Shown: positions 35,561 through 47,690 of the stretch, in pieces
Layout: every line of letters starts with the position of its first letter
Position numbering within the stretch: position 1 is the stretch's first letter
Assembly: GCF_036321535.1 (NCBI RefSeq)
Contig: NC_087447.1
Location: forward strand, 13,268,001-13,332,000
Length of the DNA stretch: 64,000 bases
Direction: 5' to 3'
From: Camelus dromedarius
Lineage: Eukaryota
Notes under the pieces: model-generated
Told to the model about the DNA's origin: nothing
Databases searched by the model: none
Seen by the model: only the letters and a program-made list of their open reading frames with translations
Made by a program: the position numbers and the translations under genes

Positions 35561-37142
35561 AGATTATTTTGCTTTTTGGACATTGTACTAAAAAGAAAGA
35601 AGGAGGTGGGATGAAAGTAGGAAGGAGAAAGAAAGTAAAGCAAGAATGAGGGGAAAGGAAAGGGTAGAAATAGGAAAGGAGTAAGAGAAAAATATTAATG
35701 GTCAAGAGTCGACCTTAATGGTTTGCAATCAAAAAGTAAAAGAATGAAATTCTGCACTGTGATCCATTCCAGGTACAGGCTGAAAGTGAACTTTTTCCCA
35801 TCAGTTTCTCCAGAAATCTGCAGAGATTCAATTAAAAATAAAAACAGTGAACCCCGATAGTACTGTTGAATCCACTACTTTCCAATCGAAAGGAATTTCA
35901 AAAGAGTAGAACAATTCAAAATCAAAAAATACCTTCAAAAATATTTTTAATTTATGTTATATTAAATATCAAGTAAATTATATTAAATACATGTAAATAT
36001 ATATGCACATTATTCCAATAAACAAGAAACAATCATAAGACAATTGCATATCTCTGTTTGCTGCAATGCTTTGAATTAGTGCTGTGGTTCTAAATGCAAA
36101 GATTAATTGGTTTTTAAATATAGCAAGTTAAAGTTTTTTATGTTTTTTTTTTTAACAAGTTGAAAAGACATCTAGAAATTAAAGCTCATTTTTAATTCTC
36201 TGAAGTGGCCCTGATTATGGAGGGAGACTTTGGGGGAAAGGCTTTCCCCAGGGTCCTTAACATTTTGTAGCATTCTCTTTAAAATGACCTCATAAGAAGA
36301 AGAGAAAACAGTATTATTGCCAACGGCACTGTGAAATGGCAGAATTCACTTGGTGAGAGACAGACCAGGAACAAAATATGACTTCTACTAACTTTTGAGT
36401 TTTTAGGGGCAATGACTCTCTGAAATTAATTATTTACAAAGAAATTCTTAAGGCATCACTCTTAACTTTATTTTGGACAGTTGCACCCAGATTATCTCAG
36501 GAGAGGTAGGAAAAGAAAGCAAAACTAGTGTCGTGGACAATACTGGTGAGTTTTTTTTTCTTCTAAAACTAGTATTAAAGTTTTGTGGAAAAGGGTAATT
36601 TAATCAAATTTATATATTTTGAATGCTTGTTATATAATTGCAAGACACTAAGAAATGAGAGAATAAAATGTTTAAGTTGATGAAGTGCATTCATACAAGA
36701 CGATGAGATAGGACACTTAGGATTATCTGTAAGAAAATGTCAATAATTTTAAAAGAAAGTGAAATGCTACCATGTTTGAAATGCTCAGGAAATGGAGGAA
36801 GGAATTCTTTGAGATAGGTCTTAATTCAGGAAGAAAGAAGAGTTCCTCTTCAATCTTATGATATGGATATTGGAGGTGCAATTGCCAGGCTTGTGTTTAA
36901 ATGCTCAGTTTCTCCTGGATGAGAACCTGGTAACATAATTCACAGTTGTCAAAAACTGCTGTGTTGAGCGCTCTTAAATTGAAGAGCTCTCTCAGTGGAG
37001 AATAGTTTTGTGTTTTGTTTTTTGTTTTTGATCCAAACGCAAAGGAGGATGAGCATGTAAAAGCAAGGAGATGTATTTGAGTGTGAATTTGAATTATTAT
37101 TATTATTGTCACTGCTATTAGCACCATTATTATTATTATTAT

Positions 37143-37797
37143 TGTTAGAACAGGCAGATAGCTAGATACGAGCAGAGAAAGGGGAACACAGACCAAAAGG
37201 CAGAAATTGGGCAGAAAGAAGGGCCACAAGCCAAATGCAGGAAACCACACATCATGTAAGCACCAGGGGTCCCTGGGCAGAGAAGGAAAAGCAGGAACCT
37301 CTGGGCTGATAAGTGATCACACCTTTGAGGGTGATAAGTGGCCCGGAGGCCAATGAAGAGAGGTAGGAAAAGGCAGGAATCTTCAGTGTCCGAATGTGAC
37401 CTTTTGCTCATTATGCCCTCATTTCAATAAAATTAGCCTTGCAGATTAGAAGTATCATCAGGCACCGATGCCATGACACTTCCACTCCAGACTAAATAAG
37501 GACAAAACTCCCCCCTCCATTCAGTAAAGTGGAGTTGGGATGAAAATCAGGGAATATGAACCTCAGGCCCTTTCCTCCCTAATGAAGGGGGCATATTCTG
37601 CCCATTCGTTTTTACATTCTGTGTAACCAGCTTGCCAAAGAAACTCAGGGCAGCCACTCACCTGAGCCTGCCCGCTCTCCCCTTGAAAAATTCTCTCTTC
37701 CCTTAACAAATTCTCACTGTGCTTTTTTACTACATCTTGTCTCAGAATTCTTTCTTAGGACAAGAACCTGGAACACCGATTACATCCACCGGCAGCA
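37143..37797 (+). mobile_element. Solo ERV1-type LTR inserted into an (ATT)n-rich tract
   Basis: TGTTAGAAC...CCGGCAGCA termini with a 4-bp TSD TTAT (37139-37142 / 37798-37801); internal AATAAA at 37426-37431. Confidence 0.8.
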
Positions 37798-38669
37798 TTA
37801 TCACTATTTCGCGCTGTGTAAGAGAAGGCACACCTGTAATGATCACTCCAACAGGTCTAATATGCAGATCTAGTTTCCCAAAAGCTGGACATGCCAGGCA
37901 CCACATTGCTACAAAGGGCGGCTGAGAGCACAAAGCTCATTAGGAACTGCAAGCGCTGAATGTGAGAGATCGCTGGGGGATGTGTCCTCAGGTGGGCAAA
38001 ATTCCGGATGAATACTGAAGACACCGTGTCATCCTATGCAACCCTAGAACTAAAGGAATCATTCACATCTTTGGCTTGATTTGAAGAATGACGTGTGAGC
38101 CCCTTTAATCAAAACTATTCCCAGTCCCCTCCCCACACATTCATTTTAGTGACCTCACTAGAGTGTCTGAAATTCCTCCGCTAAAGAGTCACCCATTAAA
38201 ATTGAGTATGAAGGGGTGGTGAGATTAAGGGCAGAGTCATTTTTTCCTTTGTCTTTTTATTTATTCATTTATGTTAGCTAACAGACAAGTATTTAAAACA
38301 CCAAGACAGAGCAATTCCTGGGGAATCCTCAAACACTGAGTTTGAAGGTGAGATCTCCCTTCCCTTCCTTTCAAATCAAACAGGTTTTGATGTATCTCCA
38401 GCAGTTTCTTCTATCGCTTTATCTTCTTGTGCCCCTGCCTCCTTTTTAGGGTTTCATGGCTATTCCAAGCTGAGAGAGTTGATTTAATTTCATAATAGAA
38501 ATGACTGTCAATATTACGGATGAGAGTGAAATTAAAACTTTCTCATTTTGCAAATGGGATAACAGAAGCCCCACGAAACTAAATGATTTATCTTAGAGTT
38601 ACAGCACCAATATCTCAGAATCAGATTTGTATCGTCTTGGTTCTCTTTTTACTGCTACACACCACTCTT

Positions 38670-38723
38670 TTTTTTAACATTTTTTTTATTAGTAGTCATT
38701 TTACAATGTTGGGTCAAATTACA
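38670..38723 (-). mobile_element. 54-bp extreme 5'-truncated L1 insertion
   Basis: Poly-T plus the L1 3' terminus (...tagtcattttacaatgttgggtcaaatt), flanked by a perfect 13-bp TSD acacaccactctt (38657-38669 / 38724-38736). Confidence 0.85.
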
Positions 38724-39351
38724 ACACACCACTCTTGAATATGAGAGATTGACATTAAATAGGGAGCCAAAAATTCATGTACACAAATATCAGAGTTTAA
38801 TAAGAAGGAAGACCTGCCAGGTCACCCAGTCTTAACTACCTAAATGCTCATGGCAGTATTCAGAAGGGAAAATATGGGCACATGTTGTCATTTCTGTGTC
38901 AAAAATAAGATGAACATTTTCAAAATATAAATGTTACCATATACCCAGATTCAAAAGGTGTTTCAAATTTAGGCTACTTGCCTTAGACAGATTAGAAGAA
39001 AGCAATTTGTTAGAAACAGATGAAAGAACCTTCAAGGAAGATGAGGGAAGTGAGACCCTTGGTTAGATGCGTGACTTAGAGGATTTGTTTTGTTTCTCTG
39101 GACTTTTGCTTCCTCATCTGAAGTAAATGAATGGACTATCATATTGAAATAAGATGATCAGAATATGTGCACTTCAATTTCTTTAGGTATACATGCCAAT
39201 TAGTAGTAAGTACCCATTTCTCTATTTTTAACTATTCCAATTATTCATTTGTTTTGAATTAGAAATAAATATTGTTGGTCCTTCTTATGTTTTCTTTTTT
39301 TTCCAGGTAATTTAAGTGCCTTTTGGGAACTTTGCCTGCCAGACTAATTCC

Positions 39352-40287
39352 ATGGGAAAAGTAAACAATGTAACTGAATTTGTTTTCTGGGGTCTTTCTC
39401 AGAACCTAGAGGTTGAAGAAGTTTGTTTCGTGGTGTTTTCTTTCTTCTACACAGTCATTCTTCTGGGAAACCTCCTCATCATATTGACAGTTTATGTGGG
39501 ACATCTTTTCAAGTCTCCTATGTATTTCTTTCTCAACTACTTGTCTTTTGTGGACATTTGTTATTCTTCAGTCACGGCTCCTAAGATGATCGTTGACCTA
39601 TTAGCCAAGAGCAAAACTATCTCCTACGTGGGGTGCATGTTGCAACTCTTTGGGGTACACTTCTTTGGTTGCACTGAGATCTTCATCCTTACTGTGATGG
39701 CCTATGATCGTTACGTGGCTATCTGCAAACCCTTACACTATATGACCATCATGGACCGGGACAGATGCAATAAAATGTTGCTGGGGACCTGGATAGGTGG
39801 GTTCACACACTCCATTATCCAAGTGGCTCTGGTAGTTCAACTGCCCTTTTGTGGACCCAATGAGATCGATCACTACTTTTGTGATGTTCACCCTGTGCTG
39901 AAACTTGCCTGCACAGACACATACGTTGCTGGTGTTGTTGTGACAGCCAATAGTGGTACCATCGCTCTGGGGAGCTTTGTTATCTTGTTAATCTCCTATA
40001 CTGTCATCCTGGTGTCCCTGAGAAAGCAGTCAGCTGAAGGCAGGCGCAAAGCTCTCTCCACCTGTGGCTCCCACATCGCCGTGGTCATCATCTTTTTTGG
40101 TCCCTGTACTTTCATGTATATGCGCCCTGATACTACCTTTTCAGAGGATAAGATGGTGTCTGTGTTTTACACCATTATCACCCCCATGTTAAATCCTCTG
40201 ATTTATACACTGAGAAATGCAGAAGTAAAAAATGCAATGAAAAAACTGTGGAGCAGGAGGGTTTTATGGGATGCTAATGATAAATAG
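39352..40287 (+). CDS. OR4S2: Olfactory receptor 4S2 ortholog, 311 aa from the ATG at 39352
   Basis: [68 protein letters not shown] and [12 protein letters not shown] match OR4S2 as I recall it. Acceptor ttttttccag ends at 39306. Confidence 0.95.
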   Translation: MGKVNNVTEFVFWGLSQNLEVEEVCFVVFSFFYTVILLGNLLIILTVYVGHLFKSPMYFFLNYLSFVDICYSSVTAPKMIVDLLAKSKTISYVGCMLQLFGVHFFGCTEIFILTVMAYDRYVAICKPLHYMTIMDRDRCNKMLLGTWIGGFTHSIIQVALVVQLPFCGPNEIDHYFCDVHPVLKLACTDTYVAGVVVTANSGTIALGSFVILLISYTVILVSLRKQSAEGRRKALSTCGSHIAVVIIFFGPCTFMYMRPDTTFSEDKMVSVFYTIITPMLNPLIYTLRNAEVKNAMKKLWSRRVLWDANDK

Positions 40288-41258
40288 TTAGAAGCAGAAA
40301 TTCAAGGTGGATGATCTTAAATTTTCCCATCTACACAGTGAAGACAATAACAACCTCAGGGGTTTTTTTGAGGAACAAATGAGAGAATAAAACATTCTAT
40401 AGATGTAAGTTATGATTTATCATTATTATTATAGTTGTTCTAATACTTCATAATCAGATGATTTTCTGAAATATCTAGGACAAGGAAATCTTATTAAACT
40501 CAGATTTCATCAGGATCGTACTCAGCACCACAATTTTGTCCTTGCGCTTTTTCCCTTTTGTCATTTTCTTTAAAGAATGAGAGTCTACTGTGAAGTGCCT
40601 AAAGCTGTTTTATGGTGTTTAGAACTGCGAGCAATCAATACAAGTAGTTTGTATGAATGAAAGGATACAGGAACAGTGGCAAAGATCTGAGCTAAGGCAT
40701 CCTGATGTAAGTTCTCCAAAACACAGTGAAAACAGCCTCATCTGGATGGAATGGGGAGACGGGGGAAGTGTGCGCAGAATCTCAAAGAGATGAAACACAG
40801 GCTTAGAAAACAAAAGGTCTGTTCTCATTCTCTGGGCTTGGGGAAAAGTTCTTGCTTTTTCTAGGACTCATTTTCTTTACCAAAACAATAAGTAAATTGG
40901 AAAAAACAAATGCCTCTAAGACCCCCATTTTAACTGTAGCATCCCATTAATATGCTTCTGCTGACCGACTCTCACCTTTAGTTGCCGTCTGTAGCTAGCA
41001 CTCTTTATTTATGTAAAGCAACTAACAAGAAAAGCTAGAGAAACTCAGTAAAAAACAAAGACATCTGTGATGAATACACGATTGTGTCTCAATCAACAGG
41101 GTCAATGCAATTTGCTGAAATTTCCTCCGTATTTCCTCCAATGTTTGAAACAAATGGCTTTACTTAAAATAGCCATTTATCACTGCTTGGCTAACATAAC
41201 CTGATTTCCAGCTGTGGATCCACAGACATTTACTCTGGACGTCTTTCTTAAGTAAACT

Positions 41259-41774
41259 TATAACAGAGAAGAACAAACCTGATTTCATATTGAATCTACT
41301 CCTTTAGCTCTAACTTTTGTGCTCAGTTGCCTGTGCTTCGTCATGCTGGCTCCACGCCTTTTGTAAAAGACTGTTGCCTAGATCCTGAAATATAGAGGCT
41401 AGCCCATTCTCAAGGCTCTGATCTTTAAAAGTATAATATTTTTGCATTCATATAGAAATAAGTTGCAAGCCGACAATAGCATTTGTCTTAATGGAGGTTC
41501 ATAGGAAGATTGTGACTGGACCTACCTGGACAGCTGGAAGAACAAAGGATTCCAGCACCAAGAAGTCTGCAACAACAAGCCACACCCACCCCTCCTTTAA
41601 TACAAAAGAAGCCTGAATTCCAAATTGGATAAGGTGGTTATTTGGGATATTAGTCCACTATCTTCTCAGTCTGCTGAATTTCCAAATAAAGCCATTATTC
41701 CATGATCCAACAACTCATCTCTCAATCTATTGGCTTGCCATGCACCAAGTAATATGGGCTTGAATTCAGTAACA
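41259..41774 (+). mobile_element. Solo ERV1-type LTR
   Basis: TATAACAGAG (mutated TG start)...TTCAGTAACA with a 4-bp TSD AACT (41255-41258 / 41775-41778); AATAAA near 41686. Confidence 0.8.
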
Positions 41775-42204
41775 AACTGAAACTTGCCCTGATGACACAA
41801 TCCTCCTTCACTTCACCCAACCTGAGCTTTATTTTTCCACAGCAGTAAACACATCACTATCTCTCTGCTATTGTTTCATTCATTGTTTTCACAAGTATGA
41901 TTATTCAAGTTATTGCCCATACCTGGGTATGTGTTTACAGTTGTGGGGTGTGTGTGTGTGCACACACAAACATATTATGTCAAGGACAATGCATAGTTAG
42001 TGCTTTAAAAAGTAATCTCTGATGTTGGAGCATTCACAGAATAGAAGGTAAGAAAGATCAAAGGCATCAAGACATCTGGACTAGAAGATATAGTTAAGAC
42101 ATCCTTGCCCTGGACCACAGGGATCCATGTGTATAGTCCCCAACTTGGACATGTACTCACTGGATCTCTATGAACTTCTCTTTGCTCAACTTAAAGAGAT
42201 GATT

Positions 42205-42398
42205 AGCCTCTCAAATTTATCTGATCATGGAAATCATCATGAGAGGTTTTTGAACCAATAACGGTATCTATTCGAAGAGTTTCTGATTCAGTTGGCCAGT
42301 GTTAAAGGGTATAAAAACATCGGTATCTTTAACAAGCTCCTCTGGAAATTTTTAAACAGGCAGTGGTGCATCTAAGATCTTAGATTTGGAAACACTGG
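42205..42398. mobile_element. MER5-like hAT-Charlie DNA transposon relic
   Basis: ctcaaatttatctgatcatggaaatcatc...gtttctgattcagttgg...caagctcctctggaaatt...tttggaaacactgg follows the near-palindromic MER5A layout. Confidence 0.55.
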
Positions 42399-43526
42399 GA
42401 CTAGGTGATTCTTGATGTTCTTCGAGCATAAGGGGTCTATGAACAATGACACCCTAAGAGACCTAACTTCAGATGTATATTCCCATCTGTTCTGCTATAA
42501 CTTGAACTGAACGTAAAAAACTGTAGAATAAATAAATGTTATTCATTTGATAAGTTTTGTCCACAATACTCTTTCCTTTATGTCTCTCCATTAAAGCCTT
42601 AACTATCAAGGAATAGTAGTAATATTGATGGTCTGACATCCCTAGAAAGGTAAAAGGTGACAGATTCAATACTCTCAAAGACCAAGAAACAGACCATATA
42701 AAATAGTATTCAAGTTTCTACCAGTGGCTTTATAAACTTATTCCTGTTCAGAAAACTTCCTCAGAGTCAATTCTAATCAGAAGAGTTCAGAGAGTCTGCT
42801 CTTGGTTCCTTGGAAAGAGGTGGCCAAGAATCATGGCAACTCAGACTCTCCCCAGTTTCAGTGGGGGTGACTTTTGTCAATGACAAGATCACCAAGATTT
42901 GATCTGTGGATAGCACAATCAAGCTGTAGAAGTGGGGGTCCTGATGCACCTTCTTGACAATTTGGTGAATCCAACCTCCAGGTCTCAGGTGACCCTAGAT
43001 AGCATCAGAAGTCTCTCCCAATCTATAAGGCTTGAGGATTTTTGTATAAATTAAAGAAACACCTCAATGTACCAAAAATGATTTTAGTTTATGCTTTCCA
43101 GTTGGTTATATCTGTGTCTTAGTCTAATCTCCCTTATTTCTCCCTAGTACAAGGTCCTGCCTGAGTGGGAATGAGACAGATCTGCATAGTATGCATGATG
43201 GAAGAAAGCATCAAAATATACTATTAGCATGAGGAACAGTGAGGACTAACAAAAGGCACCCCCAAAACACCCATCTCTTTAGCTATGTGCCTTCTCAAAT
43301 TCATGGCCTTTCACAGACTGGGAGATTTTCCAAATTGCACATTTACAAAGACAGTCAGTTTGCTTACTCATGAAGACTTTTAAAAAGAGATGATAAATAT
43401 GGTCATAGAATTACATTTATGGGGTTGAAAAAATGTTCATTATCCAGTTTGAAACTTCTAATTACCACCAATAAAGTACTAAGTATTAATTAGGACAACT
43501 TCTGGAAGTATAGTGTGAGTAGTATT

Positions 43527-44066
43527 TGTTGGGAGACACTTGGTGGGGCCGGTGATGTGAGTTGGTGAGAAGAATTTACCAGAAAGGGAGATGTTTAAGG
43601 GCAAAGGAAAGGTTTAATAGTTATGTTCCTATAGGCAGCAGCGGGTCACACAGGCAAGTGGTGCCTGCGTGTCCACCAGGAGGAACGTGCAGTTTCTTTT
43701 ATTGGGGAAGAGTCTGTGAACACAAAGAAGTAGTGGAGCAGCCTTCTGATTGGCTGTAAGTGAGGGACTGTGGTACATGGGAGGATAGTAGATTCACAAC
43801 TCCAGTAAGATGGAGACACAGGCTGACACATGAAAGTAGTGGAATTTATGATTCTGATAAGGGGGAGACATGAGCTGTGATAGGTCAGCCTGAGCTACGG
43901 TGAGGCTAGTCACTTCCCACTTCCCAGCTGTTAACTATGCTAAACAGCAGTCAGGAGTTTACCTCCCAAAGAGGAGCAGGCCGATGCCTAAGGGCTGGAA
44001 GTTGGTGGGGGTGGGGTGGAGTCGCAGGGCCTCAGCTGCACCATTTGGCATCTCAGTCTTATTACA
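43527..44066 (-). mobile_element. Probable LTR, antisense
   Basis: TG...CA-type termini (minus strand starts TGTAAT and ends AACA); minus-strand CCAAT at ~43750 upstream of AATAAA at 43698-43703. No clear TSD. Confidence 0.5.
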
Positions 44067-44443
44067 TTCTATTGCGTTATTTTAGAAGAAGGGTGATTTG
44101 TTAATGTAAAAAAATTAAAGTATAAAACACTTGCAAAATTTTTGGCATTTTAAAAAATTATTGCAGTGGAAACCTCAAAAATATGGAAGTTTTTAGGGCC
44201 ACTCTGTGAGAGATGTCACAGTCAGGCTATCTCTTTCCTAGAGGAGATCACAACTGCCAAACCATGCTGTCTTTACAATTTGCCCTGACAAATTGCTCGA
44301 TGCCTATCTGTCAGGGTTATGAAGGGCAGAATGTTCCAGAATGTCAGTCACAAGTTCCAGAGTGTCAGAGCTGGAAGGGATCTGGAGATCATCAGATCTA
44401 CTCCCCTTGTACACAGTCTCAGAAAAGTAAAGTGACAGAAAGG

Positions 44444-44918
44444 TATAACCAAGCAGGACCCTGTGGGGCCTTCCTGAGACAGGGCCCTCCCCCATATCTT
44501 CTGCTGTAGCTCATCTATGAAGTACCCAGATAATAGTATCTCCTGTCTATTTCCTGAGTTTTTCAGATGCTAAAAACCACCACCAAAGGGAAGAAATTAA
44601 CTACTTGATGATCATGAGCACGTCGTTCCAGACCTTCTGGCACCTGGGAATTGATAGTGTTGACTGCCTTGTTCTCTCAGCATCAACCAGAGAATCGTGC
44701 ATGAGCTGATCATGTACCCTATGATCCCCCTCCCTTACCTGGCCTTTAACCATGCTTTGCTGAAATCTTTAGGTAGTTCAAGGTTTTCTTGGGCATAAGC
44801 CACCTCATTCTCCTTGCTTGGCCCTGCAATAAACCTCTCTCTGCTCCAAACTCCAATGTTTCAGTTTCTTTGGTCTCATGGTGCATCAGGCACATGAACT
44901 TACTTGCGTTCAGTAACA
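44444..44918 (+). mobile_element. Solo ERV1-type LTR 140 bp beyond the OR4P-like stop codon, inserted next to a MIR relic
   Basis: TATAACCAAGC...TTCAGTAACA; near-TSD AAGG/ACGG; AATAAA near 44828. The left flank gtcagagctggaagggatctggagatcatc is MIR-like. Confidence 0.78.
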
Positions 44919-45058
44919 ACGGGCCGAGGGGCCATCTGTCTGCAAGGCTTGCAGCTTTTGATGACAGCACACCACCTCTCTGTACCTGAAATATTTGTCA
45001 CCATTACAGATTGTGTGGTTAGAGCTGGGTCCAGCAAAGGGTGCAAATACCAGGGGCT

Positions 45059-45985
45059 TCATCTCCCTCTAGAGAGCTTATCCCGGCACCACACTTTCCT
45101 CATGGCATTCTTCATGTCTGTGTTTCTCAGGGTGTAGATGAGAGGGTTGAACATAGGGGCAATCATGGTGTAAAACAGCGCAAAAATCTTGTCGTTACTG
45201 ACAGAAGCAGCCATGGGGACATAGGTGAAGATGAGGGGCAAGAAGAACATGAACACGACAGTGATGTGTGAGCCACAGGTGGAGAGGGCTTTGCGGCGGC
45301 CCTCGGAGGAGCGGGTCCGCAGGGTGGACAGGATGATGATGTAGGAGATTATCAAGGCAGCGAAGGTCAAAATGGACAGCACCCCTGTGGTGGTGATGAT
45401 TGCAATTACCAACAGCCTAGTGTCGGTGCAGGCCAGCTTCAGCAAGGGGAATATGTCACAGAAATAGTGGTCTATCTGCCTGGGGCCACAGAAGGGAAGC
45501 TGGATAATAATCAATACTTGCATGATGGAGTGGATAAAGGCGCCGACAGCAGACGCCATTACGAGGCCATAGCACACCTGTCTGTTCATGATGACCGTGT
45601 ACTGAAGAGGTCTGCAGATGGCTGCATAGCGGTCATAGGCCATGGCCACCAAGATGAAGATCTCAGTGGCGCCAAAGAAGTGGGCATAAAACATTTGGGC
45701 CACGCAGCTGTTGTAGGAGATGGTCTTCTCCTGGGCCAGTAAGTCGGTGATCAGCTTGGGGGCCACGGTGGAGGTAAAGCAGACATCCATGAAGGACAAG
45801 TAGCTGAGGAAAAAGTACATGGGCTGTTCTCCGAGGCGGCTGCCCCTGATGGTGAGAAGAATGAGAAGATTTCCTGAGAGAATCGCAATATAGCAAAGTG
45901 AGAACAGCACAAAGCAGGTGACCTTCGTGTTGTCATCACTGCAAAGTCCCAGGAGGATGAATTCTGTGATATTTTCATGTCCCAT
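45059..45985 (-). CDS. Olfactory receptor, OR4P subfamily (OR4P4-like); strong-context ATG at 45985, weaker in-frame ATG at 46006
   Basis: [68 protein letters not shown]. Context GCAATGG at 45985. Candidate acceptor gtttcag ends at 46029 (minus). Confidence 0.92.
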   Translation of the reverse strand: MGHENITEFILLGLCSDDNTKVTCFVLFSLCYIAILSGNLLILLTIRGSRLGEQPMYFFLSYLSFMDVCFTSTVAPKLITDLLAQEKTISYNSCVAQMFYAHFFGATEIFILVAMAYDRYAAICRPLQYTVIMNRQVCYGLVMASAVGAFIHSIMQVLIIIQLPFCGPRQIDHYFCDIFPLLKLACTDTRLLVIAIITTTGVLSILTFAALIISYIIILSTLRTRSSEGRRKALSTCGSHITVVFMFFLPLIFTYVPMAASVSNDKIFALFYTMIAPMFNPLIYTLRNTDMKNAMRKVWCRDKLSRGR

Positions 45986-46066
45986 TGCTTCTGTGTGTGT
46001 GAGCATTTAGGAGGGGAAGTTAGTACACCTGAAACATGTAACTTTTTGAAATGATTTATTTTAAAA

Positions 46067-46400
46067 GTCATTCATTTTTTCAATAAATACATATTGATTG
46101 TTTCATATGAAACAATCACTATAATTAAGACTGAGGGTACAACAGTGTACAAAATACACACAAACTCTACCCATAAGTAAAGATCATTAGAGCAGACATG
46201 CAGAGACGGCAACAGCACAAATAATTAGCTCACTGCAGGTATGATAAATTCTAAAGCCTCACACTTACCAAGAACAGCAGGATGAGTATTTAAAAGATGA
46301 AACACTCAAAGTTTTGGGAGTCAATTTGGGGATGCAATTTCAGTATTGTCCCTTAAGAGTGACATTTGAATCTCTGGTATATATGAAACAGCACTGACGT
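46067..46400 (-). mobile_element. L2 3' fragment
   Basis: tcattcattttttcaataaatacatattga...actgagggtacaacagtgtacaaaatac. Confidence 0.55.
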
Positions 46401-47271
46401 GATCTGTTCTTCAAGGGCAAGAAGGGCCCTATAAGTCTTAGTCCTTCCCAGTGACTAAATCTGTGCTAAATCCTGAAAGTTCAGTCATGTCATTAGACTT
46501 CGTGAGGTCATAATTTTAAATATTGAATCTCTGGATGACAATTTCAGATAATGCATTAAGAAACTTTTCCTTGAACATTTAAAAAATGGAGGGAGAGAAA
46601 AAGTAACAATCACAATTTTGGGGAAAAAGTTTGCCCCTTTTTATCAGCTTCTGGTACATTTATGGCTTCCTGAAATCAACCGTATTTCCCAGGTCACTTT
46701 CCAGTCTAACCCAGGAGATCTCATCATTCCTGCCCTTCCAGCACACTTCCCGGCACATTCTTTTACTACAGCACCCTTGGAGGGGCAGATTGCATGTGAA
46801 GATTCTTTTTCACTCAGTCTCTTTCCATCACCTTGTATCTCTTTGAATTGAGTCACTTTTCTTAACAGGCTCATTATACTTCATAGGAACAAATCCTTGG
46901 ATATTTTAGTTAAAAAGGAAATATTCTTTGGTGCAAAATATAACAAAAATCCCTTACTTCCTTTCTGCAAACTGATCTAAAATGTATCAAAAAACTACTA
47001 AATTCAAGACTCAATTTTTTAAAAAGATAAACCCTACACATTGAGAACATTTGTCAGTCTGTTTATGAGGGGTTATAATAGTAACTGAACACTAAACTTT
47101 ACTCCAACTAACTAAAAAAAGGTCTATTTTTCTTAAATTAATCAATATATTCAACAATTAAAACAAAAGTTCTAAGAAAAATTTTCATGAAATTTGGGAA
47201 TCTGATTCCAAAATTCAGAAACAGTTCATATCCAAAGTAGTTAATCTAACTTATTAAAAGAAGGAACAAAA

Positions 47272-47690
47272 AGTATCTGCAAATACCAAATTCCCAGTTT
47301 ATCCTTCCCCATCCACCGTTTCCTCCCTGGCCACCATGAGTCTGTTTCTAGTTTGTAAATAAGTTAATTTGTGTCATTTTTTTTAGATTCCTCATAAAAG
47401 TGATATCATATAGTACTTTTCTTTCTCTTTTTGGCTTAATTCACTCAGGAGTAAACTGAGAGTTCAAGATTGGCCGATACTAACTACTATATATAAAATA
47501 AACAACAAGATCCTACTGTAGAGCACAGGGAACTATATTCAATATCTTCTAATAGTCTATGATGAAAAGAATATGAAAAAGAATATATATACATATATAT
47601 GTATAACTGAATCACTCTGCTGTACACCAGAAATTAATACATTATGAATCAACTATACTTCAATTCAAAATAAAAGATATAAAAAATAAT
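47272..47690. mobile_element. Lineage-type L1 3' UTR in two opposite-orientation halves (candidate 5'-inverted insertion), within older L1M sequence
   Basis: 47272-47450 is antisense L1 3' UTR; ~47451-47690 is the sense continuation ending in caactatacttcaattcaaaataaaa. Confidence 0.65.

Noticed and set aside
39316-39351. ORF-track start of OR4S2 at GTG 39316
   Set aside because: The OR4S2-type N-terminus begins at ATG 39352 (MGKVNNVT); the GTG start comes from the ORF caller accepting alternative start codons.
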